Numbered from the stretch's first letter, positions 1-12,938 are shown. The stretch: DNA of 64,000 nucleotides from Clavelina lepadiformis (GCF_947623445.1 NC_135246.1:18964288-19028287); one strand, 5' to 3'. Program-made: numbers and translations. The notes: generated from the letters alone by a model not told the origin.

Positions 1-118
1 TAATTATTAAACCGTTGATAATGGTAATTTAATTAGATAATTAGTAACGTGCAGGAGTTTATTATTAGACGAGGGTGTAAATTTACAAACATTTAATCTC
101 CAGATTCAGGTGTTGAAC

Positions 119-292
119 ATGAATGGAAACATAATTCCAGAAATCCCTTCCCGCGAATTTTTTGCCAAAGTTGAAGAGAAGCTGGATATGTGGGACTGCT
201 TTTCTCGCGGCGATGGAATCGAATTAGGACGAGCTGCAATCAAATCTGAAAGGAATCAGATCCAAAAAATCTTGAACGAGCTAGAAGACACG
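119..292 (+). CDS. candidate first coding exon of an unidentified gene (ATG at 119, GT donor after 292); product unknown
   Basis: 174-nt stop-free frame MNGNIIPEIPSREFFAKVEEKLDMWDCFSRGDGIELGRAAIKSERNQIQKILNELEDT ending at GACACG|gtgttg; no family recognised. Confidence 0.25.
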
Positions 293-3142
293 GTGTTGTT
301 CTTGTCTCGTTACGTTTGTGTGGAGTTGAAAATCAAAGAGAAATTTAATTTTTATCGAACTTTTTATTTGTAGAAGTTGAAGGTATGGATTGACGGTTTC
401 AGTTCGATTCGCCCGCAAAAGTGAAGTAAGGTCTTACACTGGTACGTACAATTATTTTTAAAGAAAAGATCGATTTCTACGTTTATTTTAATAAAAATAT
501 TCCTCAACAACATTTTTTTCCACAAAAACAAAGGTTGTCCGAGATTTTTTTCTGTCAATCGCGACCTGGACGGAAATCGTACCCAGAGTTATGACGACAT
601 TCGAGCGAGCGCCAAAATCTCTCCGCCACGTTTGGATGTATGTGGTTTGGTGAAGTGGATTTGTATTGTCATTAAATTTTGTTTTTACATTATTGCCGTG
701 TGTTTTGTCATAATAGGCATAATGATGTAAGAATAGCCTAATCGGTTATGATTTTGCGCGGTTTAATCGGATAAATTTCGGTTTTGAAACTAAGTTTTTT
801 TACTAACTGAATCACAAACGTTAGTGGGTACTTTGGAACTTGTAAAGAGCTATTTGCGTAAAATAGGAGTATGTATTTTGATCGGACGTGTTTACCTTCT
901 GTAGTGGCTTGATCAGATGTGTTTCCTTTTTTCAATGTGTTCTGTCACATGTAGCGTTTTATTTTTCAATGGTAATATACTGAAAACACACTTTGAAATT
1001 AATAGTGGCCAAGTAAAACATTGAAAGTACAAAACGAAACATGTAACAAAACTCATTCAAAATCACAATCCTGTTTAATAACTGCTTCTAGGCTGTCAAC
1101 AAGCAGGCTATCATATTTTGTTTAAGAAACATAGTTTAAGAGAATTAATAACAGAATTGACCACAAAATGAACTAAAAATAAACATAAGACAGCAATTAC
1201 TTTAGAAAATCATAATAAATATAAAATTTTAGCTCAATTATGGAATTCTTTGTTTTTCCTAAAAAAAAACTGTTTTAGACATTATTTAACCCTAAAAACT
1301 CTCAAAATTCAGGTAAACAATAGTGTATTAAAGCCATTCCTAAACATAATATGGTGCTCAGAGATCAAACTTATACAAAGCAAAATGTAACATTTCTATA
1401 CATGATATTACATTTTTGAGCAGCAAAAATCCTACAAACCCAACAAAGGAATTTTTGGTGAACATTGAGGAAATGACACTGGGGAATTTTTCTTTGTTCT
1501 CTACTGGACAATTAAAATCAAACATTAATATGCTTAATTCAGAGTAAATGGTGCTACATTTAAGGCTAAAATGTCACAACCTGACAACACCAATAAAACA
1601 ACTTACCTTAATTAAAATACTTAATTCAAGGACATCTTCAGAGCAAGTTTGTTAACTGTTTTTTAAGAAAAACACACCATCATTATCTAAAAAGAAAAAT
1701 GTATATGCATAGCACACTAACACTAAAATATTTGCTTGCAATCACACCTGGGCTAGGCTAAAATATAATAAACAAATACATATAACACAGTATAACATCG
1801 GTGAAGCAAACTACATTATAACCAATGAAGGAACAATCTAAACCGCATTCTTTGCATACTGCGCAATTTAATGTTCTGATTCACCTCTCAGTTCTATGAT
1901 TTAGAATAAGCTCACACACAACGTACATACACGACTGTTGGTTTGGATTGTCATGGCAATCAGAAGGATATCGACACAACAGTAATCATTTAATCAAGGA
2001 ACAGCTTGTAATAATTTATGGGCAATTAAAGTTAAACAACCTGTTTCCCCATTAGGTAATGTAGCAGTTAGGGAGGCGATGGCGAGGCTAGATCAAACAG
2101 TTACCAGGATAACTAGTATAGCGGCAAACACACCAGCAATCAAACATTATCACATGCGGCATAGATTAAGTTTGAATTTTCATAATGTACGATTGACCTA
2201 TTGGTTTGGAACAAAATCATATCGTGTTTACAATTACAATTAAACGTAATCTATACTTTTGCTTCCATTTATTGCCCAAATGTGCGGTCGAGATGTGCAT
2301 TAGTCTGTGCGGCGGAGTTTAACATAATTTTGCGCAAAAGCAGCTGGAATCCAACAGTTATGCGCAGGGAGTATTAATACTATATTTTCCCAATTTGACA
2401 AAAGTTCCTGTCTTGGCAATAATCTACACTTAGGCAAAGATTTAACTCTCTAATATTGTTAAAATCTAGTATTGATATATGTTGCAACTGGTTGGGCTGC
2501 TACGTTCGAGACTGCAGAGCTTGGCATAGGGGCACTCAATATTATTTTTGTCACGAGCTTTAGTGGCGCACTTAAGGTGCGTTATTTTGCATTTAACGAC
2601 TTCGACTAAGTTCTTTGCAATCAATTTTCAATGGATTTGAAGATTGAATAAGTCAAACTGTGCATATTTGCACACTGCATACGAAATTTGCACACTTCCA
2701 TTGCGTCTGAACATTTTTGCAAACTCGCATTTTTGGTTGTTTGGTGCACGCAATTCTGCAGGCCGAGCAACATGAATTCCAGAACACTTTTGTTTTTTTT
2801 CGTTCACAACACATTTTTATTTATACATTTTTCATTTCATCCTTGTCTTTACACAAAACAAACTTTTTAACAGTAAAAGCAGCAAAATCTTGACTTCAAT
2901 AAATAATAAATCTAACACAAATTATTTAATTTTTGCAAGCAATATAGGTTAAGAAAAATACAAATGGGATTAATTCTTGAAAAAGCTAGACCTGTACAGC
3001 AGGAGCTGATTAATAAGTTAGGGCGTTAGGCTATAAATTGCTAGTGATGCACATATACAGCGCATCAAAACCTTTCTCTAGGCCTAACTTGTAGCCTAGG
3101 TTTCGCTGTATGTTTCCTAAACTTGTAATTAAAGATAAGCTT

Positions 3143-3446
3143 GTGTTACAGATTTTCTTTTGCCAGATCCTTTTCTACCTTTTTCACGGCCCACTCAAAG
3201 CCAACGAACGTTTTTCAATGTAGCTCGATTGTATTTTCAAATGAGATTAAAAACACTCCTCTACGTTTGGGGCTTAACTTTCGGGACACACGTTCAAAAT
3301 AAGTCGATAAAATATAATAAAAGTAACAAGAGCAGATCCGAGGGACCAACAAAAACGACAGGTCCTCGTCTTCTACGCTCGTATCCTTACTGCCTTCGAA
3401 GGCCACGTTTTCTTAGGAAGGCAACCACTCCCGCCTGAAGCCCATA
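3143..3446. repeat. ~305-bp interspersed repeat, copy 1 (inverted partner at 46203-46513)
   Basis: near-identical sequence present again in reverse orientation at 46203-46513; the similar six-frame ORFs 3160-3438(+) and 46217-46495(-) are a side effect of the repeat. Confidence 0.7.
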
Positions 3447-3495
3447 ACTTCGTCTTAACAACGAAACATTTTAGGTAATAAATAGCATTTTTGGG

Positions 3496-3590
3496 TCTAG
3501 AATACAAGTGCACAACCACAGGATGCATTTGTATGCTAGACCCCAGCCACTCAAATTGTGACGTCATCTGGTTGTGCACTTGTATACTGT
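3496..3590. repeat. short palindromic (hairpin-forming) element
   Basis: inverted arms atacaagtgcacaaccac ... gtggttgtgcacttgtat separated by ~50 bp. Confidence 0.4.
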
Positions 3591-4019
3591 AGCCGCATGT
3601 TTATTACCAGCATTTCAACAACGGTGCTGGGTACTGGCGCGTGTTTTTCGAACCGCTATGAAATCTGTTAAGAACGCAACCAACTGGAAACATCACGTGA
3701 CGTAAAATTTTTTTTTACGCGACACAAATCGCTGACACGTGTGTAACATGTTCTAGTTATTCGTGGTGTTTTCTATGTTTCATAAAAGTGTGATACTTGA
3801 TCAAATCTAAGGCAACACGTGTTTATGTGTTCAATTTCAATATGTTTTATACGGTTTTCGAAGCAAAATAGATCTAAAACAACACACAAACAGGTAGGAA
3901 ACGCCAAAAAAGCATTTTTTGTGTTTATCAAGTGTTGTTTTGGTATAAAAAAAGAGGACAGTGTACCATTGTTGAAGATAAGTTAGGTAAGGAGAACAGG
4001 TGTGCAAAAAGTTGATTTT

Positions 4020-4160
4020 AGCTATTTTAGGTCTTACTGAAGTTATACTTAGGTTGTTATGTTATAACTTATAACATTTATGTTATAGGTTAACAACAAA
4101 CTATGAAATTAGCCCCGAACACACCATTTTTTCCGGTGAATTGTAGTGCCAGCCGTCACT
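4020..4160. repeat. dispersed repeat copy (ttaggttaacaa...ttttccggtgaa...tagtgccagcc)
   Basis: shares blocks with 5400-5530. Confidence 0.35.
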
Positions 4161-5399
4161 TTTAACTTAAGTTACATAGAGTAGACTCTGTCTTGTCTTG
4201 CATTGGTTACTTTCGTCGTTATGCCATTCTCACACTGGTGGAAAGATATAGCAAAAGTCTCATCATTTAGGTACATTTAAGCGTCCAGTATTCACCATAT
4301 GTCGCTGATTAAAATCGATGCCGGTTCTTCTAATCTCAAATAACCCGCTGTTAATTACTTGCTTTTCTCGTGGGAATGCATTTGCGTATACTGTACTATT
4401 GATTGTTTTGCTCTACTATACCCTCCGGTCTTATATCGCATTTTCTTTGGGTCAGCGCATGTGATTTCTATCAGCACGTCTTAATAATCGCTATAATCAC
4501 CGCACAATAGTATACAGCGCTACAGCGCAGTAGGTTGTTAGAAATGCATGGAGTTCGCAGCTAACAATAGGAAAGGTTTAGCCACATTTTTGTAACTAGT
4601 TCGCTCAAAACGTTTTCAAAGATCTCTGTTTTAGTCAGCTAGCTCAAATAAATAATAGACAATTCACAAAACTTCTCGTGTACGTGGTGTTGTACTGTAC
4701 ATGCGTAAATGACTTTTTCTACCGATTTGTAGTTTTACAATAAATACTTACAGCTCTGTGAGTTCCACAAACGGCTCAGGTTTGTGATTAGTTTAATAAA
4801 CGATAATGCCCGGGTAATTAAGATATCCGAACCGGTGACCTATAAATGCTATTTCACATCGTAATATTCTTTTTGATCAAATAACCTCTTTATGTTTGTC
4901 ATAAGGCATTTTCCCTGGTGACGTAATAATCGGTGCAACAATAATGTGACGTATTAATGCGATCACTATTCCGGATTTTCATTGATCAAACCGACGAAAT
5001 GACTCCGGGATGCAAAAGCAGCGAAGCTTATTACACAGAGCAACATGTTGTTAAAAAAATTTGCTTAGCTTTCAATGTTCTTTGTTTTGGTATTTTCGGG
5101 ACTGTTTAGAAAGCCTTCCTACTAAAATAACTTTCATAATAATTAATCAATCGAATCCTTACAAGTAACAAATCTTGGGAAGCTTTCGAAGTAATTTCTT
5201 ACAGAGTGACCTTATGTGTAGTGAATAGTTAAAGAATAGGATTAGTATTATTATTATTATTGTGGTTCTATCCGTCCTATACCTTATTTTATTGTGTATG
5301 GGAACATAGTCAAAGATAGGCTGTTAGATTAGGAAAATGGGAAGGAAAAAATCGATTTAAGCTTTTGGCGTTTAATTAAATTTATTTGTACCGTATATC

Positions 5400-5530
5400 A
5401 GATGGTAGATTTAGGTTAGGTTTAGGTTACTTTGTTATGACATTTAACTTAGGTTAACAATAAACCACGAAAAATAGCTTTGGATTTACGCTTTTTCTGG
5501 TGAAATAGTGGCAGCCATTTCTTATTCGCC
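5400..5530. repeat. dispersed repeat copy, ~230 bp upstream of gene A start
   Basis: similar to 4020-4160. Confidence 0.35.
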
Positions 5531-5773
5531 ACCGCCACAATGCAAGTTGGATAACGCAATGCTTTAGTGCCGTGTTAGGTTGTTAACATCTCAACGAGTA
5601 ACAAATATATTTGTCCAACTTCGATTTTATATTACTGAACGGTTTGTAAAAGTTATTTTTAAGCAATTTTGGATTAAAGGTTTTCAGTTCAGGTTTATGC
5701 CGTTTGTTAGTGTTTTGTTTATTGCTCACTGCGTTGCGTTGAAGACATCAATAGCTGAATGCAGCAACAAAAC

Positions 5774-5813
5774 ATGGCGGAACTGGAAGATTTGACTTCG
5801 CTGCAAAACGAGT
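5774..5813 (+). CDS. coiled-coil gene A exon 1 (MAELEDLTSLQNE), paralog of gene B
   Basis: ATG followed by GTGAGT donor; same exon length class and phase as gene B exon 1. Confidence 0.45.
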
Positions 5814-5969
5814 GTGAGTGTTATAAAAATGTTTATGAAATAATATCAATATGTATACAAAAGTCATTAGGTATGTTGTTGTTTCCTTTAAATAAACAGG
5901 GAAACTTTTTGTTTTCTTAAAACAGTTTGCTCACATACTTGTTTACTGAAGCTGTTAAATCTTGTTCAG

Positions 5970-6171
5970 TTGAAAGCTTGAAGTCCGAGGTTCAAGATTC
6001 GGAAAGAATTTCAGCTGAACTTCGCACATCACTTGAAACTGAGAAGCAAAGATCACAAGAGACGCTCTCTGCTCTAAAGCAAGAACAGAAACGTAACCTT
6101 GAATTGACAGCCATGGTTGAGCTGAGTTGTAATGAAGCCGAGAAACTAAAGCGACAAATTGATACGCTGAG
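5970..6171 (+). CDS. gene A exon 2 (ESLKSEVQDSERISAELRTSLETEKQRSQETLSALKQEQKRNLELTAMVELSCNEAEKLKRQIDTLR)
   Basis: acceptor cttgttcag; donor CTGAG|gtagtt; heptad-rich; ends ..IDTLR like gene B exon 2. Confidence 0.5.
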
Positions 6172-6250
6172 GTAGTTGCTGAAGAGTTGATGTAGGTTTT
6201 CATCAATTTGATGACGTATGCTTTGTGTATAAACACTTTCATTCTTATAG

Positions 6251-6371
6251 AATGAGTTTGCGTGCGGTTAATAAGATGTTGACAATTACGGAAGACGAAC
6301 GTAAAGAACTTGAAGAGCAGAAAATGAAAGAAATGAGAAGAAAAGCGCAGAGAGAAGAGTTGGAAAAACTG
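6251..6371 (+). CDS. gene A exon 3 (RMSLRAVNKMLTITEDERKELEEQKMKEMRRKAQREELEKL)
   Basis: acceptor ttcttatag; donor CTG|gtgaac; phase-compatible; parallels gene B exon 3. Confidence 0.45.
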
Positions 6372-6523
6372 GTGAACCCATATTATCCGAATGATAACAC
6401 GGCTAGTGTGATAACAACATGTCAAACTTCTACAAAGAAAAAAATACGTTGTTTTAGACAACATTTGCCGTTTATTTTTGCACAAACGCAACAGCTAACC
6501 AATACTTATTTAAACGTCAGTAG

Positions 6524-6675
6524 GTCTATGAAACGATAAATGTTGAAGAGAAACCTCCAAACCATCGAACCTTGAACGCAATTGAGAGAGATTGTGGCGA
6601 CATTTCCCAAACTAATAAGGAGCTGACTTCTAAGCAATTATCCCCAGAATGTGACGATATTCTATCGACATCAAA
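6524..6675 (+). CDS. gene A exon 4 (VYETINVEEKPPNHRTLNAIERDCGDISQTNKELTSKQLSPECDDILSTS); 3' exons of gene A not resolved
   Basis: acceptor cagtag; donor AA|gtacgt; same phase pattern (0 to 2) as gene B exon 4. Confidence 0.4.
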
Positions 6676-7355
6676 GTACGTATGACGCATTACTTTTACA
6701 AGATCGCACTTTTATTTTACATCGCGCTGACCAAATAATATATATCTTTATATGTATATTTTTATATTTTTAGATATAAATTATTCGAAACAAAAACAGC
6801 ATTTTGTGGGTATTATGATGCTTCTGTTTCTTGTTTGTGAACGTACCCCTTGTGCTTCTGTTACTTTCCAGAGGTTTCCTCTACTCTAGGAGTATAGACC
6901 CCTACGCTTATGAAAAACAAAGTTTGAATAATTAAGTAACAGTAAATTAATTGTTCAACTAAACCTTGTACATAGTTGGCGCTTATGTTGAGTTATCTGA
7001 AAGTATAAGCTAAATGGGAAGTGACGTTTGGTGTAGTTTTATTTGTGGTTTAGAATTTTACCAATAACTTTAAACGACCTCTCGCGGTAGTACAAATATG
7101 GCCTACGCTGCTTAGCCGTATAATAACATAGAAACTTTTCGCTTTATAAATGTATTTGCTCTGCAGATAAACTATTACCGCTGAGTGTTGCGATAGACTA
7201 GGGAAATACACGCAGCTACAGTAGGTTGTACTGTACTGTATGTGGAACTCCTTTTGATTTATCGTGTTAAGTCAAAATCTATTGATTAAAAGATTTGCTC
7301 TTGATGATAAATTGCAAACGAAACAGAAAATGTAAAAAAATATAAAAAGAAACTG

Positions 7356-7453
7356 GTGGCAAGTGGCAAGTGGCAAGTGGCAAGTGGCAAGTGGCAAGTG
7401 GCAAGTGGCAAGTGGCAAGTGGCAAGTGGCAAGTGGCAAGTGGCAAGTGGCAA
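7356..7453. repeat. microsatellite (GGCAAGT)n, about 13 copies
   Basis: perfect heptamer tandem repeat; ORFs 7356-7559 and 7370-7669 are its translation. Confidence 0.95.
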
Positions 7454-9622
7454 GCTCTTGCAGATTTGCAGAAGTATTTATTTGAAAGCTGTCAAAACGT
7501 TGTTCAAGTCAAAACATTTGTCGTTGCTAACAAAGTTAAATCTATTGCACCGGCTATAAGTACTAACGTGAATCCCCTAGTTCAGAACCTTAATGACGGA
7601 TATCGGGAGCATATCCTATACCCTATATACTTTCTTTGCGATTACCTAACAAAACAACAGTCGTACTGACGTTTTGAATATATTTTACAAGTTTTTCAAG
7701 CATGTTGTTGTTCATATTGAGTCGTATGTATTCGAAATAAACGGGTACGTGAGTGCTAAGCATAAGCCTACGAATTAAGGCAACATGGCCCTTATGATAT
7801 ATTGTAACAAGACTGTCGCTACAGATATTGGGCAGTTTGACATATACCTGATATATAAGCTACACTTAAATACCATTCACAAAAAATAAATTTGACCAGT
7901 AAAATTACCTGTATAATTTTTTTAATATGAATGATAGATCACACAAAAGCTATTTCAAATTGTTCTTATATTTTTTCAGTTCTTCTGAGGTAAATGCGAT
8001 AGAAGCAATCAAAACTGTGAGTGTTTTTCCTTGTCGGAAAAAGATTTAGCTTTCACGTTTTGCCATTTTATATTGCTCAGCATTTTCTTACTTTTATTTA
8101 TGTTTTCTATTAATTTTTTGCGTATTAAAATGATGAATTGTTGAGAAGGTTACAAAAAAACATAATCGAACTGATTGAAGAATTAAATCGAAGAAAATGA
8201 AGAAATCGCAAAAAAAATTGAAGAGAAGAATTCATGCTAAAATCTCTAAGATACAAGCAAACTTAAAATACCCTTCATGTGATCGTGACATCTCTTCGCT
8301 GTATTGCGAATTAAACAAATCGGAATATAAAGAATAAAAGATGTGTTTTTTTGCTGATATCTTTAATTTATGCAGTTTTCGCCATCGTTTGTAAAATCTG
8401 TTACCAAATTGCTTGAAATAAAAATACTTGAAGAGAATCCAGCAGTACTTGGTATCCAAAATGGATTGTGGCTTCCCCTCGAGGGGCGATAGATAGAAAA
8501 GGCAGGCATGACCACTGACCATTGTCTGCGGTTTGCTTCTGAGCGTAACACTCGTAGACCGCGTAGTGCGGAGTGTTCCACCTTCTAATTAAGAAGATTT
8601 GGGCGGAAAGGAGCAAAAACGGGTGCAAAGGTACTCAAGGCACACTAAAGCTACCTTGTAACTAGAAAGGAAGGTCGTTGGCGGCCATCGACGTTGAGGT
8701 TGAAATTACAAAAGACAGGGTTGTGCTGCCACTTCGCAGTTTATTTCGCCAGCTCAATGGACCACATTGATGCTTCAATCGCCAACTCATTGAAAATTTA
8801 GCAATGTGGACGGACATCTCAATTTCTGTGATCGGGTATGCATTTTTCGTAGGAACATAAAACGTTTTGAGTTAAAGTGGCTCTTATTGCTTAATAAGCC
8901 AATAAATTAAGAGTCATGTTAGGTCATGTCAGTCAATTAAGAGTCATAAAGTATGCCATGTTAGGCACCTACACCTGCGTTCCTGTAATGGTTACACTAC
9001 ACATATTCCTTGTAAATATGTTCTAAATTTCTGTAGCGTTTTATTTTCTACTACTAAACTACTCTCCCTGTGATACCTGCACTTCGGTTACAAGGAACAC
9101 AAAATCTGGGTATCGCTAACGTCATCTGATCAACATACATAACAATAAACCACAATAGACCACAAAAATGTCCCAGAAATAGGTCCAGTATTAAGCTATT
9201 TTCTATGCATCGACAAAGTATAAACAACGGAAAGCAAAAAATATAATACAAAACGGGATAGAGTAAATCTAACCGACTCTGAAGGCAAGTGTAAAGAGTT
9301 TTTATACCATTCTGGATCGAACAGGCATAGACAAATTTAATTTTGTGAAAAGTTAGTTGTACAGCTTCAATCGAAAATTGAATGTTCTCAGGTTTGAATC
9401 TTTTATCGCTTATTGAATGCACTGTTAGTTGAATTAACTAAAGAATCTGGAATGCACTAGAATCTAGTTTAGAGACAAAACTTTTCGTTAATTCGTTGAT
9501 GTTTTGCTAAACAATGATTTTAAATGATTGGAAAGCAGCGCACCAAGTCTTCACCACTGCCCATACCATCGCAATTGATTGAGGAAGACGCGCTACATTT
9601 TTTCTGCAAAAACGTTTTTAAG

Positions 9623-9838
9623 TTAGCTGGACACATTAGTGTAATTTATGAATACTGGTAAACAATTACAGTTACCCAAAATAAGTTCCAAATCCGCAAA
9701 TTTAGTCTTTAGAATGTTTAGTACTTCTTCCATCAGACGAGCTCGAGTCTGCCTTAGTTCTGATGAAGCACGATATTTGGAGTTTGCCTTTTGCTCTGCG
9801 ATCGCAACAGCTTTCAAGTCCTTAATTCTAGTAAACAC
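9623..9838 (-). CDS. gene D: candidate coiled-coil exon (…SSELRQTRARLMEEVLNILKTKFADLELILGNC); paralogous to 14772-14940 and 18425-18600
   Basis: stop-free heptad-rich frame; similar peptides in two other places, always just downstream of a C/E-type gene. Confidence 0.3.
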   Translation of the reverse strand: MFTRIKDLKAVAIAEQKANSKYRASSELRQTRARLMEEVLNILKTKFADLELILGNCNCLPVFINYTNVSS

Positions 9839-10030
9839 GGTTTAAAAGGAATTTAACGTAGCAGTCAACGAACGGAAATCCCTGAAAACTTCAAGCAAAA
9901 TTTAAAATTATTTTGCAAGATCGATTTTGCATTTAGTTTTAAGTTACAATTATTTATATAAACTTTGGATGCAAAAACTCGACATTTTCAGAAATTGGTG
10001 CTAAATTTTATCCAATATGTTGCATAAGCA

Positions 10031-10211
10031 GGGCTGTGATTCAGCCAGTTCGCACCTGTTCGTACGAACCGGTTCTTGGAATTTTAATGGACTCCGTGAA
10101 CCGGTTGTTAACAAGCGTATGTAGAGGCCCAGATATATATCGGCCCCGGGTCAATATGGTATGCTGCTAGTGACAGAACCGGTTGTTAAAATATTTCGAT
10201 CCCATTACTGT
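10031..10211. mobile_element. candidate short insertion flanked by a 10-bp direct repeat TGCATAAGCA
   Basis: identical 10-mers at 10021-10030 and 10212-10221; interior rich in gaaccggtt palindromes. Confidence 0.3.
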
Positions 10212-10667
10212 GCATAAGCACTATTTCTCCCAAAATATATAGTGCTTGCTTTGAATATTCAAATATCTTGGACACTGAGCATAAAGAATAAGCCTGAAAA
10301 AGCATTACGTTATGTTTTGCCGACGCAGTTCTCCATTAAGCCGATTTATCTCCGTCTGTCGGATTCTCAATTCTTCTTCTTCAGTGTGGTATGTTTCTTG
10401 AATCTACTAAAATTTATGTTTTAGGCTTACAAGTTTTTCCCCACAAATGTATGGCAGCATGGAAACATCTAAAATCAATGTTTTCCGATCTTCTCCCAAT
10501 GCAGTCGTTGGTCGCCTAACTGAAATAATCCCTTTTTCTCGGACCCCGACTTAAAAAGGGTTAACTTAATAAGCTATGTATGACGAATTAAAAAATTATT
10601 TGCCGAGCACGGGTTAGAAACCACTGGTGTAAACGCATCTTATTGTTTCCCCTTGTTCAGATTAATA

Positions 10668-10821
10668 TCATGGCTTTGTCGTAATTACTTCCTCGAAATC
10701 TAGCTTGAGTTTCTTGAACTTGTCCAAATGATCGCTTACGAATGTCTGTGTAAACAACTTCTCTCGTTCAAGCGTCATGGAATCCTGCATCAACGTTCCT
10801 TGGGTTTCCTCTAACTCGAGC
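10668..10821 (-). CDS. gene C terminal exon (LELEETQGTLMQDSMTLEREKLFTQTFVSDHLDKFKKLKLDFEEVITTKP*)
   Basis: acceptor cttacag; phase-1 join with upstream exon; stop TGA at 10668-10670. Confidence 0.5.
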
Positions 10822-10907
10822 CTGTAAGGAAAAAAACATTTCCGCCCAAAGCAGGATTCAATAGAACATTCAACGTCAATGTTTCCTTATGGTCCAAACT
10901 CCTTTAC

Positions 10908-11109
10908 CTCAGTTTATTGATTTCTTCATTCATATTCCTCTTCTCCTTTTCTAACGCCTCAATATTAGCTACAAGTTTCCGGCTGTTTTCTCCTTCCTCT
11001 TGAAGAGTTGTAAGTAGGCTGTTTGCTCTCGCCGTTTGAGTTCTCAACGATATACGAAGCACAGATGAGACGTCGTATTCCTGATGAAGCTTGGCCCCCA
11101 AGTTCTGAA
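10908..11109 (-). CDS. gene C penultimate exon (…QNLGAKLHQEYDVSSVLRISLRTQTARANSLLTTLQEEGENSRKLVANIEALEKEKRNMNEEINKL); 5' exons not resolved
   Basis: acceptor tttcccgcag; donor AG|gtaaag; 202 nt, same length and phase as gene E exons. Confidence 0.5.
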
Positions 11110-12041
11110 CTGCGGGAAATGTCAGAAGCTTTGCAATGATCAAAAACAAATCATTGCAAATACGAACTTTTCTTTCTAATCTTAAAGTATAAGATAAAAA
11201 CAACGCGTGTACTAGTTTACATTATATGCATTGTCAATATTTTATAAATCTTTTTTGTCTTTCGTGCATATTTAAAACCACAATACTACTGCACGGTACT
11301 CACGGTCATTTTGCAGTGCAGTTACATAATCAGGTCCTTCAGAATTGGGTACTTCTGCCATTTTACGCTGCTGAACTCAACCAGATATACGTCTTCAAAG
11401 CAATGCGCGATTACCAAGAAATGAACCGCACAGTTTCGAGCTAAAAGGAGACAAAGTACGTCATAATTACTACAAATATTTGAGCGAGCAATGTCTTTTA
11501 AAGGTTATATGTCCACAAATTAAAAAAGATCAATATTTTTCCTACGACTGCAGTTTGTTAGAAGAGCGGTTAAGAACGAACAAATGAGGGCAATGTTGGT
11601 TATCTAAGGCCTTTTTAGAACAACAAAAAGCCTCGTTAAAATGTTCCTGTTGTATATTTAGTGCGACATATGTTGTTAGTCAAAACGCCTTGAGTTACTT
11701 TATTGAGATAAAGTGCTGAGAAATGTCAAATATAAAATACAAGTTGTACAAAAACTCACTTATTTAGGCGCTGTTCACATATTCGTTCTTATTTTATTAT
11801 ATGATGTGTCAATGCAAATGATTTGATTTGTTTTAGCTTGTGCACAATCGCCTTTAAAGAAAGACTGTGTGTGCTGGCGCATTCCTTCTAGTAATTATGA
11901 CGCACTTTAACGCAGTTACTTTTAGCATAAAAATTTTCCGTTCAATTCTTGGTATTCGACGAGTAACGTTTGTTTGTGAATATAGCTTTGTGCTCATTTC
12001 ATTGCATTGAAGACATCGTTGACTGAAATCCGGAACATAAA

Positions 12042-12084
12042 ATGGCTGAGAAACTTGAAGCTACATCTTTATTACGAAGTCCTA
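12042..12084 (+). CDS. coiled-coil gene B exon 1 (MAEKLEATSLLRSP)
   Basis: ATG; GTGAGT donor. Confidence 0.55.
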
Positions 12085-12291
12085 GTGAGTACTTAAAAAC
12101 GTTTGTAACATATTTGTTATGTTTATACGGAAATAACCGTGTGTATGTAACCTTTATCCATTCATTATGCCCTGTATATTGTATATATATATTTCATGTC
12201 AGTAAAAAACAAAAAAAGATTAGCTTTTTACTAACTGTTCATTTGTGCTATGTAATTAGTAAAACATTCAAATTTACGGTTAAATACCTAG

Positions 12292-12490
12292 AGTTAGAGA
12301 TTCAATTGAAGAAGATAATCACCGCTGATCTTAGCACCTCGATTAAAACTGAAAAGCAGACATCACAAAGTCTTAGTTCAGTTCTTGAGAGAGAGCGAGA
12401 GCAAGAGCAAGTACCATCCAAGCCTGCGGCATTAAACCATCAGACGAACAAGACACTCGATAATGCTCACGAACGGATCGATACGTTGAG
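12292..12490 (+). CDS. gene B exon 2 (…LELEIQLKKIITADLSTSIKTEKQTSQSLSSVLEREREQEQVPSKPAALNHQTNKTLDNAHERIDTLR)
   Basis: acceptor tacctag; donor TTGAG|gtgtct; phase-consistent. Confidence 0.55.
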
Positions 12491-12576
12491 GTGTCTATAC
12501 ATAGCGTTTAAGTGATGGTGTTCATGCTGATCGATTCGATGAGGCATATACTTTAAGTGCTAAAATTTTTTCTCAG

Positions 12577-12682
12577 GTCAATGTTGAAACTGACTAATGC
12601 AAAGACGGCTCTTGCCGAAAAGAAGCTGCCAGAGGAGAAAACAAATACAGATGTGGAAGAAAAGAAGAATACGGAAAAGGTG
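12577..12682 (+). CDS. gene B exon 3 (SMLKLTNAKTALAEKKLPEEKTNTDVEEKKNTEKV)
   Basis: acceptor tttctcag; donor gtaagt. Confidence 0.55.
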
Positions 12683-12795
12683 GTAAGTACCAAGGCTAGT
12701 GTGATAGTAATATCAGTATTAAATACATCTCCGTCTGTTACCGGATAAACACTTTTGTACTTTACAATCAGAGGTAACCAATTTATAACAAAAAG

Positions 12796-12938
12796 GTGCA
12801 AGAAGCATTCAGTGCTAAGCAGCAATCTTGCCAACAGATCGTGAACCCAGTTAGAGATAGTCGTAATGTTTTCCAACTTTATCAAGAGCTGGCTTGTGAG
12901 AACCTACACTCGAATGCAGACCTTCCGTTTGAATTAAA
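12796..12938 (+). CDS. gene B exon 4 (VQEAFSAKQQSCQQIVNPVRDSRNVFQLYQELACENLHSNADLPFELK)
   Basis: acceptor acaaaaag; donor AA|gttcgt. Confidence 0.5.

Noticed and set aside
3160-3438. 92-aa ORF MPDPFLPFSRPTQSQRTFFNVARLYFQ…, with a near-identical ORF at 46217-46495
   Set aside because: It lies entirely within the ~305-bp interspersed repeat. Its conservation reflects repeat identity, not coding constraint. It has no start context and no recognisable protein family.
7356-7669. ORFs 7356-7559 and 7370-7669 (MASGKWQVASGKWQ…)
   Set aside because: They are the translation of the (GGCAAGT)n microsatellite.
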